Below are positions 28,101-40,100 of a DNA stretch of 64,000 nucleotides, piece after piece. A model generated the notes under the pieces. It had not been told where the DNA came from and made no database searches. It worked only from the letters and a program-made list of their open reading frames with translations. The position numbers and the translations under genes are program-made. Source of the stretch: an uncultured Planctomycetia bacterium (GTDB taxonomy: Bacteria; Omnitrophota; Gorgyraeia; JABMRG01; JAFGKX01); the NCBI GenBank assembly GCA_964570585.1, contig CAZMYR010000001.1, positions 17,441-81,440 on the forward strand, in the 5' to 3' direction. Numbering within the stretch: position 1 is the first letter of the stretch; the number at the start of each line of letters is the position of its first letter.

Positions 28101-31100
28101 GTTTTTAATTGTTCAAGCCACGGTTCTTGGAGTAAGTATCTGTTAATTTCAATAATGCTTGGTTTATGCTGGCCAACCTGTTCTTGGTCAGAGCTTACAA
28201 CTACAGTAAAGGTTACATCATCTTTTATGCCCTGCTCACTAAATGCCCTTGTCAGGTGTTGCTCAAGTTTCTTCTTCTCGCCTGGCTTAAACTCACCTTC
28301 TGTGGCTGTTAAAGTTACTCTTCCATCTGAATATGTAGCTGTTGCAGTAACAGAAGGCACTACATCAGTTACGGTTGTGGTTGCTGGGTAAGGCTGGGAT
28401 AGCTGTTTAAAATCAGTATCCACATTACAACCGAGTTTTTTAAGGACTCTAATGGCCTTAGCTTTAGTGCGAGCTGAAACGTTAGACTCATGCAATAGCT
28501 TAAATAAAGATCCCGCTGCTCGTTTATCGCCAAGCCCACCTAAAATAATAGCCGCCTTGACTCGATTCGGAGAATCGGTAGTGGCCTTATTAAATAAAAC
28601 CTGTTTCGCCCGATCATCTCCTATTGCACCTAAAGCTATAATGATTGCGCGATAACGTTTTAATCTCATATGCCATATTTTACATCTAGCATCCCAATAA
28701 GGAGACACTTCCCCCCACCATTCATAAAATTCTTTTAATATGCCAAGCACGAAAGGAGTAATAAATATAATTAGCAGTATTAATAGGCTTATTTCATCCT
28801 TACTCATTTTATCTTTATTACGAAAACAACCTGTTAACAACATAGAAAGACTGCTAAGTAATAAGAATATTGAGTTATTTCTGGCGAAATATTTTATTAT
28901 ATTTTTAATTTTTTTAATTAAAATTTTGATTTTGTTTGCACGAAGTTTTTTGGATTCAGGGGCTATCTGTGGCAAAAGTTCTTTCAAATCTTTAGTTTCC
29001 TGTTTAATCAATTTATAAGCGCGCTGGTGCCATAAAATCCTTAGCTCTTGCACCAAATCTCCACCTACGGCTATTTCATAACGCATTTCAGGATGTCCCT
29101 GTCCCCTGCGCATATCATAATATCTTTTCTCTAAATCGCTGATTTTCCTTGAATATTTCTTAAACAGTACATTATCTGCCAAATGGCTTATTATCACAAA
29201 CGTCAGTGGAAGAGTTATTAAACCTGCAAATACTAAAATTAATCTGTTTGCATTCAAGACCCAAAATGGCACATCTAAAGCTATTGGCAATGGCACAGCG
29301 GCTGCAGCAACAATCCAGACAGATAGGAATGCGCTAATTGCAAAAGAGCGGAATATCGTAGAAATTATCCTGGCACGTTCAGGATGCGTCTTTACCATTT
29401 CTTCCACTGCCCGCTGATACTGGCGGAATAAATAACCGATAAATACCAAACCTGCCAAAGTAGGCGCTAAAGCCCACCACCCGGCTATTGTAATTCCCAG
29501 TCCAAGGCCTACCATAACACCAATGCCCAAAGCCGCGCCAAAAACCTTGGCCATAAAATAGGCTATATTGCCAGGCCTATCTCCTATAGGATTAAACATC
29601 ACATATGGACCTAATAGCATACCGCTGGTAAATATAAGATGTATGCCAAGCAAAACTACATTAGAAATTCCCAATATGCTAATTGCCCATAAATTAAATA
29701 TAAACATTATAGCGCCCAGCACCATTACAGCTTTCAGGCCACCAAGGAATCCCTGCGTATCAGATTTTAAATTCTTAAGGATATCCCGCGTAAAGTAATC
29801 TCTTATGCTCTTTATCCGTTCTATTACAAATATACCCTTATTAACGCTTAAACTATCTATTTTTGTCTCTGCCTTTGAAGCCACAAATTCATAAGTAAGT
29901 CCAAGATAGGCCCTTATCTGTCCAAATGCCTCAATTCCTAAACGCGGAGCAAATAGTATCATATCAAAAAAGAGTGTCTCAATCCATTCTCCGAAGCCAA
30001 CTAAAAATCCGCGAGCCCTTATCCTTGCTAACATACCATTAAGTCTCAATATCTGATTATAGAATGTACCTATCATCCAATATATTATATGTACACCTAT
30101 AAACGGTGTTGCGTTAAACAGAATCTCGAAAGGCAAGGCTATTATGTTAAGAAGAGACATAGGCGAATCCATAAAGTAGCTTCCATACCCTCTTCTTATC
30201 CTCTTCTCAAAATAGGACTCAGGTCCCATGTGATTGGCAAATTGGACTAAAGGTTCACCTTCGGCCTGATAGAGTCCTCCGGACCATCTAGTCGGTGCTT
30301 TACCGCTCCATTCATCAAGGCCGAAAGATTCCCTCATCTTAAAGGCAATGGCTTCTGATATGGCAGACTCAGGAACTTCGCCAAGTGATATCTTATTATA
30401 AACCTCCAATAACACCGCTACTAAGTCCTCGCTCTGATGCGGGGCATTTGGAGAATAGCCTATCATTCCGAAGAATCTGTCAAGGTAAGAATTGCTAAAT
30501 TGCTCCATACCTCTTGTTATAGGAGCAAGGGGATAATTAAGCCCGAGTTCTTTGGCTAACAGTTTTCTATAAGATACCGAACTTATATTCTCCCAGCCTG
30601 TTCCTACCTTATCAACAATACCATGCATGGCCTGGCCATGGCCAAACTCAATAAGAAAAGATGATATCGCAGTAGGTGTGCCAAGGAAGGTGGTGTTTCT
30701 ATATGCAGGCATAATAGATATATTGGGATTCTCTCTCATTCTCATAACATCTTCTGCAAACTTCGGTGTATTTAACTTGGTGGCATTTCTGTCAACAATT
30801 ACCATGGAGGTTGCGCCTACCATAAGTTCGGGCTTCGTAAACATAGCATTCATAGCGCCTGCTTTACAGGAGAATGGGGTTGAATGCCTGAAGGTCTCTG
30901 CCCTGCATCTCCTTGTCTCTCTATCTGCGGCTTGTATGCCTCTTTCGTCCAGGTACTTCTGATACCCGATATTGCTTCCAAGTTCGATAAGGCGCGCTAA
31001 TTTCTTCTGCCATTTCACAAAACCAGGAGCTTTTCCCTCGGCCCATCGAGATGCTACCTGTCCTTCTTGTTCGTATTCTTTTATCTGGTTTTGAACTATC

Positions 31101-34100
31101 AGGAAATTGAATTTATCAGGAATTCCTTCTTTTCCAAGTGCAACAGACTTCGTATACAGGTTTGCCGCAACATCCCTACATTTGCTAACAGCCATTAGCT
31201 CTGTTACGTGACGGGCTATTTCCGCACCGAGTAGAATCTTGGCCTTTTCTTCATTCGTTAAATTGTAATCCAAGGGGGCGTCCTTATCGTCACTACGTTT
31301 TATGCCTATCCTTAGGTCCCTTGGCATATCTTCCTCAAACTGATCAGGTGTTACAAACATTACTTCTGAATCATGCTCAGCTTTATGCATGAAATCCACC
31401 CAATCATAAAGGTCTTTTTCTGTTATCTTCTTATCCTTAAGAAGAACCTTAAAAAGCGGCAAGCCATCTAAATCTAAAGCTCTCCACCCTTTATAATCGT
31501 ACCCCATATTCTCCATTATTTTCTCTATCGAGCCGTCCTTATACTTCTTGGGTAACGCGCTCCATGCTCTCATAACCTCTTTTGTTATATCCGCCGGCTT
31601 GCCTCTCGATGGCGAATCCAGCGGATCTCCTACATATATAATAAGGGTCTTTTCTTCGCTGCGTTTCTGTTTCTCGGCCTCTGCGAGAGGTTTACCCGTA
31701 AGAGGCAGGCTGTCCTTCCCGGGTCCTTTTGTCGGTTTCAGCCAAGAGAAGATAAAAGTCATAAAATGGTAAGTTCCGGTCTTCATAAGATAAGCGGCTC
31801 TGAAAAATGCGAATGCCGACCACCAGGTTCTTAACAAATGCTCCCCAAAATGCAGGCCAAACCAATTAAGTGAAGCAGAACCCATAAAAGTGCCCACGGT
31901 TAGGAATATGATGTGTTGCATTAATACCAACAGAACGGCGCGGGGCCTGCCCACATAAGCAGACGGCCTGGAAACGTCATATACCATAAGCCCTAAAAGG
32001 GAACGGCTAAATGCTAACAGGCTGAATGCCTCTAATGCAAGAATGCTCTTAACAAGCATGAGTAATAAGACTGCGCCTATTCCCATGCCTGGTAAAGAAA
32101 GCATGCTCAAGAAAACAATCCCTGCCACAGGTACAACAGCTAAGAATTTGCGAGCAATTCCTTTCCCATTGAAATGAGCCAAGCTGTAACATTCTGTAAT
32201 AATATTTATGATAAGAGCGGCTGAAATAAATATGATTACCGGTATAAGAAGCCATGATAAAGACAAAGAAGCAAGCGCTGTAGTAATACCATACCATAAT
32301 CCAGCTGCTGAACCTGTGATGCCGGCCTGTGTACCAAAATGCAGGATATTTAACATAAGAAGTACAAAATCAGGCAGAAAATCCGATATCCTGAATAGTA
32401 TAGGGTTAACTCCCCTTGGACCCTTAGTTTTGCTAAACTTTTCGTACTCTTCTCGCCTAAAGGTACCCTCTGTGATACCCGATTCCTCTAATATTCCTCT
32501 GTATTCTCCATCGTCTTCTTGCTCAGCTCCTTGTACTATAGCATCTCTTATTCTGCCTCTTATTTGAAATAGGTAAGTCTCAAGATGGCTAATCAAAGCA
32601 TTGTTATATTTTCCAGGCACCCTGGCTCTTCTTAACATATATCTGATAGTGGCTGGAAGCCCATCGAATTCTTCCTTTGACATCGTGTAACTCTGCAAGG
32701 CATCTTTTTGTGCTTGGGTTAAATTATTGAATGCATTTAAGTACCTATTAGGTCTTCCTGGTAATGCACCAAATTGCTCAAGCACCTTCTCAAGCCTAAG
32801 CTTACCATTTACATAATCCCCTCTTTCTGCATCCGGTCTTACGTGGACATGTATTTCCACCCTGTCTTCTTTCTCATCTACATCAAAGACATAATTGCCC
32901 TTTACTATCTCTCTTCCGAAATAGGAACCAAGATCCTTTACGTAATTATCCAGACTATCCAGTCCGCGTGTTGTCTTTGCCTTTAAAATAGCGTGCCTTA
33001 ATTCCATTCCTGGATTGTTATCCTTTATATCACTTACTTCTTTGGCAAATATCAGATTATAAATGGCCATTAAGCTGTAAAGGAATGTTACCTCTGCCCT
33101 TGCGTCTGATGCTGTAAATTTCCTTTTGATAAATAACTGTCTTTCTTTATTACTCATAAACGGAGTAACTGTCTCAAGCACCTTATCTGCAAATCTCTTA
33201 TGGGCGGCATTAATAATCTGCTCTCTTTCCTTTTCTGTGCCTAATATTTCTGATGGGGTCTCATCTTTTGCCCTTCTGTAATACCTCTGAGCTGTAGTCT
33301 GCCATATTCTGGAATAGATTAGTACGACCAGCTTATAAGTAGGCAGGACAAACAGAAGAACAACATTCCAGTGTGCAGCCAGCCATTTAATTAATATCGC
33401 TGCAGCAGGAGATAATCCTAAGAATGCAACAGCAACGACTCCAACAACTACGGAAGTAATAACTGTAATCTTCTTACGCCTTGAAAGCTTTAAAAACCAT
33501 CTCTTTATGCCAGATAATAATGACGTCAACGCATTCTTTATAATTGAGAACGATAATGTCCAGGTCATTGTACAAGCAACGATTTCGCCATACCCTGCAG
33601 CATGGATCTTTTCGTGAGAAAGTATTACAGATTCGGCTATACTGGTTAAAAGAGGGATATTAGGTAGGTTGTCGAAAACTCTTTTGCGTCCTTCTAATCG
33701 GCCTTCAGGTCTATATTCTTCATCTAGGCATAGATATTCTATTTGGCGGGCATTGGGGTCGGCATTATAGTGGACAATTTCTCTTTCCTGCCCATCCGGG
33801 CCTCTAATATTAATGTTGCTGTTTACAAAAGCTCTTCTTATAAAGATCAATGTTATGATTCTTCTTATTGTATATATAGAGGCCAGGCCGCTAAGTATCG
33901 CAAAAATAACCGGCAAATCAAACAAGAATGCCATAATACCAAATGCGGTTGCGGTTACTGCACCTGCTCCTGAGCACCATTTTAATATCCTTGTACTTAT
34001 TGGCATTTTTTGATCTTCGGTAGGCTCCTTATCCCCATCTGGAATTACTGGAGGGCTTCCTGTTTTAGGATGTCTCTTTCTCTTGGCTGGCTTGGTTTTA

Positions 34101-37100
34101 GCTACCCTACTCTTAACAATAAGATGCCTTGAGACCCCCAATATAATTAGGGCTGCAACCAATAGGCTCGATGCGTTTATCCAGGTCTCTATACTATAAT
34201 CTGCAATAAACCTTTCTGTGTCTCTTTGTGCCACGGGCACTGCCGGCATTGTGCTTTCTATTACACGCCCTTCTGCATCTAGGAGAATCTCTGCAGTAGA
34301 GATAGAGGGGCTTCCTGGAATAATTATGAATCCTTGTCCTGAATCTACGTTATTTTGAGATATTTTATCAAAATCTTTTACTATCAATTCAGGCATCAAT
34401 GAAGCTCCAACAGAAGGGTATTTATTCAACTCCGCAATGGCCCAATTTGTGGCATTACCATGGTTTAGTTTCACGGCCATTCTCAAGAACCTTGCGGTAA
34501 GTTCAGGAGAAATAGCATCGCCTTCTCTCCTTAGAGTTATTTTATTTTTCCAATCAAGGCCCCATTTTCCATCGACAGTTACGCCATGCGCCCGGACAAG
34601 GTTGTCCAAGGAAGCCTTTAACTTCCCTCCATTTACTCCCATCACATTAGCTGCCTCAAGGAATGATAGCCAGTCATCAGGTGAGGACAGAAACTCTGCG
34701 AGCAATCTAATCTTTCCTGAACGCCAATCTTTCACCTCTCTAATACTTTTCGGCACGCATCCCTGCTCCTCAAGAACTGGCAACACATGGTTTATCAACC
34801 ATTCCTTCTGCTTTTTCAGGACATCAGCTATATTAATATTAATCTCTTCTAATCTCTTCTTTATTTCTTCCGGCAAGGTATCCTTATCCAATTCATCCAC
34901 ATATTTCAGCAAAAGGTATGCTTCCGAATTAGTGCCAACCGGATAATATACCTTTTCCTTTCCGGCATATTCCATATATTGGGCAAAACCGTCATCACCG
35001 GCTTTCCTCCTGAAACTCAATGCTGTTTCCAAAAATCTTCTGGCTGTCGCTATTGCCGCCAACTTATCCTCTTCCCGCTCAGCTTTTTCAGCAAGCTTAA
35101 ATGCCGCATCTGCGGCAGCTATTTGCGCCAAAGCCGTAGCTTTTGATTCAAATACTACAACCTCGTCCTCTGCGCTCTTTAATATTAGTTCTTCCGGATT
35201 GCCTGTATACAGATGATAGAATCTGGTTAAAGCTTTTTGTTTTCCATCTATGGTTCTCTGGTTGCTGTAGAATTCTAATATTTTCTTAACCGCAGCAAGC
35301 GCTTCGTCTTTTTTAGAGCGGAGTAAAAAAGGCACGATATATTTTAATTCATAAACAGTATCGACGTAATCAGAATATGGTGAGGTCGGTATTAGGCCTG
35401 TTTTTTCGTTTTGTGAATTTATCAGCATCTCTACTGCAGCATCAAGCTCTACACCTCCTATGGCTAAAGGCGCAACCTCCTCTGAATAAGGCAAAGTTAA
35501 ATTTTCAAATAGAGTGGGTAATAATTTTATTTGTTTATACCGATTTTCATATTCTTCAATTGTGGTTATTTTCGGCGCTCTTTTCTTGACTTCTTCGTCA
35601 ACATTGGGGTCTTTTAATAAGCCCAGCTTTCTGGCCACAGTCGGAACTACATTCACATGCAATGCACTGAAATGTCTTCCAAGCCAATCATCTCCTTTTA
35701 CAGGATAGACTATATCGTAATTGTCTCCATAGGCAAGGGCAACAACCCCCTCCAGCTGATTCATAATAGCGGGATTTACAACTGTTAGTACATTGCCCGC
35801 TATGCCATCAGGATCAGGAATTTCATAAATTGCTACTCTTCCATCTGGCAATTTTGCCATTTTGCATAAACTGATGAAGTTACCATTAGCATCCAGGATA
35901 TAACGTGGTATAGGCTCATCCTGATTTGAGTTAACATCATATACTGTGGTATACCATCTGGGTTGATTTGCTTCCAGTCTCGGTGAACGAACTCCAAGCA
36001 AGTGGCTTCCGTCTCTGTCCATTATTCTAAACGTGGTCGTTCCCTGGCGGGAGGTAAATGTGGCAAGAATATGGTCTGAATCAACATCGACACCACTTAT
36101 AATGTGGTTTTTGTATATGCGCTTTAGCTCTTTGCCTCTTCCTGAGATTGCACCATCCCCTAAAAGCTGCACAGTAGTAAAGCCAAGCCTTATCGGCTCT
36201 GCCCCTTTATAATACAATCTTACAGCCTCTATCGAGGTAATATCAATCCCTGCATCTTTGAGGGCCTGGATGGATAAAACTCTTATATTTCCATGCTGGA
36301 TAGAATCTATCGGGGCAACAACTACGGAATATCTATCTGCCTCTTTACCGTTCTTAAAATGAATCTTATTCATACCTACAGGAATCCACAACGGTACCTT
36401 TTTAGTTGTTCTGCCGTCAGTTACTTCAACCTCAAATTCTACCGTATCCTTATCCGCGTCTAAGTAGAAATATAGAAATTCAAATCCTGAAGCATCATCT
36501 CTGCCATTAGCTAATCTAAGATCGAGATGGTTGCCCGGAACAAGGGTATGGTATGCAAAAGGAGTGTCTGTAACTTCAGGAAGAGAATATACTATCTTCT
36601 GGGCTGGCTCACCCTTAGACCCTATTCTCCTATCTATAACCAACCTCTCCTCTCCTGTCCTCGCATCAACCCATACCTCTCCAGTATATAATATATCGCC
36701 GTTAGGCGCATACTTAGTAGATTTCTTTACTATATAACGGCCTGCCAGCATATCAGGCAGATATGGGTTTCGCATTATATCTCTTTTTACTACATCGTCT
36801 TCCCGCTTCTTTGTCTCTTTGATTATGTTATTATTTTCATCAAGCACTACATCATAAGTTATGCTGTTATCTTCAAAACCTCGCCTATCATAATTAATCA
36901 CGGTATATATCGCATTTCCAAAAGAGAACCTTCTGATAAGGTAATACAGTAACCCTTCAGAATCTACAATCATACTTAGCCATCTACCATCTGGCAGTTT
37001 GTTCATATCCTCATAGTAAACTTTTCTATCGTCCTGCTCTAATCTGTAAAAAGCTATATAATAGTCGTTAATTACACCTGCTCCATGGCCATGTTTGTTC

Positions 37101-40100
37101 ATTCTATCCTTTGCGGCCTGGGGCAAATCCTCAAAATTTACCCTTACACTCTTACCAAAGAATTTGTCAAAACCTATAGTGCCATTGGGGTTATCTATGC
37201 GCTCATATGTTTTTGATACAACGTCGCCTGGCTGCGGATTCTGTGATTTATGCTTTATGACAATCTCAACCGTATCATCCCAGATTCTGGCGTAGGTCTT
37301 ATCCCTGCCGGGAATACGGGCACAGTAGAGAGCCAAGGGTGGGATTGGCACATTGGACTTATTATTATGCATCTGGGCTATTCTGACTATTCTTTCTACT
37401 GCAGGAGCGTAGCGATTGATACCTAATTCTGTTAAGTCGGCAGCGGTAAGAATATAACGGCCTCTGCCGATGCCAACCTCTTTGAGTTTATCATCAGAAA
37501 TATCTAACTTTGTTGTATCAACTATATAGACATAAGATTGGCCCTTGTAATGGCCGCTTTCGGGGTCAGCGCTCCAGGATTCAAGACGGGCTATATCAAG
37601 CGCTGTCTCAAAGAGTTTCTCGCCTTCATTGAGCTTAAAGGCATGCTCGCCCTCTTCCTGGTTAAGCTCATCATATCTGCTGTAGCTGAATATGCGCTTC
37701 TGTACATCATAGTAGCCTACGGTCCTGCCAAGTTTATCTATATTAACAGCTACAGGTTTTAAGGTTCCGTCCGGCTGGCGCTTTTTAACATCTGTTGCAA
37801 TAGGCGCGTATTTATCAATCTCACCGGCTACCTCTTTAAGGGTTAATTTAAGGTTATCTTTTTCCTCGCCCTCCGGCTTCATCTCTACATTGCGCGGGTT
37901 CTCTGCAACCTCATCTGCCTTTCTGCCTTCAAAAGCCATCTCATTTTCATCTATATAATACAGGAGCGCTCCTTTAGGATTGCCTTTTGAATCTAGTAAT
38001 TCAACGCTCAATGTGCCATATACCTGCGTAGTGGCGTCGATATTAATGGGCTTTTGGCCGTTTAATGTATAATTTTCTATCTTTATGCGCCTCATTCCGC
38101 CTTTTTGAGGCTCAAATATGCCAACATAGGTAAATGCGTCAGTAGTGCTATGCACTTCACTCACGCGGCCTTTTATGGTTTCTTCAATCTCGATGCCTTT
38201 ATTTTCCGGCTTATTTTCAAATTCTATAAACTTCTTCTGGGCTTCATATAGTGACTTTCCGTAGAATGCTCTTGTTATTTTGTCTCCAAAAGTATCGCCT
38301 TTAATTATTGCCACAACTGCAAACTCTCTAAGTTCTTCTTTAACCTTGTGCTTTGAAGAGTACTCTTTGGGCCTTTCTTCGATATTCGCTAAGTTATTAT
38401 CTTTGCAGATAAAGTTTAACTGCTCTATAGCTTTACCATCTTTCGTCTCAAGCCCCAGGTGCCTTATATCTACTACAAACCTTTTATCTCTCGCATAAGC
38501 GCTTCTGTCATTTGCCTGTTCAATCTCAGAGTTCCCTTTTGCATATTCGATGTGAACCCACTGCAATTCTTCACGCTCCTCGCCATTCTTCATCTCGTGC
38601 ACGTCAGAAGCAGTAGCAGTTATCACCTTGTCGTAGCCAGTTGCTGGCTTTGAAGCAAGCACAGCAACTGTAGTATTTTGCGGGTTTAGTTCGCCGTCGG
38701 AGACGGCTCCTACACCCGGGTTTATTCCTATATATACGCGCCGTGAATTATTGGAATACCTTTTGAGTTCTCCTATTTGCTCTGTAGCTTCATTGTATTT
38801 GTAGGTATTTTCACCTATTACCTTTCTTGCCTTATTTAAAACAGCAAAGCTTATCTCGCCATTTATTGCTTTGGCTATGCGCACACCATCATGCCTTATA
38901 TCAAAGAACTCGATATCCTGCCAGCCATCGTCAAGGCGGAAATTCTTTGCTGCCTTTACTTCTGTGAAGCGGACGTAACCGCTGGCATCAAGCTCTTCGA
39001 GAGAGTTAAATGTTTTATATTTAACATCTTTTTGAGCAGGCGCATATTGATATCCTATGAAGAAATTACCAAGAGAAACAGGTATGGATACTATTCCCAG
39101 CTTCAATGCCTTTTGGATGTTTTCAATCGTCTGCGTCTCTTTAAATGCTTTTGCGATTTCAATATACTCATCCCTTTTCCTCTCTTTGTATTTGTCTTTA
39201 TTTTCAAATGTAATCCTTAAATCTTCTTCACCTGAATCCTTATAAGTTATAATTGTAAATTCCCCATTTACAATATTCTCTTCTTCAATTATCCGGCTTT
39301 GTTCATCAAGGGTAAATCTTATTTCAGCAACCCTGTGGCCGGATCTGTCATATTCTGTCCTGGTATATGCCCTTATCTTGTAGGCTTTTCTCTTGGTAAA
39401 GCCGGTAACATGACCAATGTCTTCAAAATAGGTTATCTCGCTAAAGTCGTAGAATAAACTACCGTCATCAACTCTAATGGTTTTGAGAGGATAACCCTTC
39501 TCTTCATGATAGGTGGTAGCTATATCTACAAAGCCTTCATCAGGCAGCCAGATGCCTTCTTCTTCCTTTCTTACCAGCCAGCCATTCCTGAAGGTGGATA
39601 TGGAGCTCTTTTTGGTTACCTTATTGTAGACCTCGTAAACCACCTCATTTTTACTCTTATCTTCGCTGATTTTTTCTTTTACCACATCGGCCCAGTTAAA
39701 ACCTAACTGAAGATAGCCCTTATTTGCATCTTTTCCATCTAAGGACTCTTTCACAAAATCAACCGGATACCAGTTCCATTCACCATTTATTTCTACCCTG
39801 GCAAAGGTAACCAGGTGGGCTTTTTTGGTGTATTTATCAACTATCAGCTTCTTTCTGAGCGCATATTTTGAAAGGCCCTCTTTTGTCTTTATATATTCAT
39901 CTTCTCCATCGGACACCCTTATAATGGCATAATTGTCTTGAATGCGGGTAAGTTCCTCATTTATTCTTGCTTTGCTCAGGCACATTACAACCTTAGGGAG
40001 TCTTCCATCCTGAGGTATCAATCTCATATATCTTATATCAAGGGAAGGTGCATATTGCATCGGGACAGGGATATCGGCATCAAGGTCCTCTCTTCCTTCC

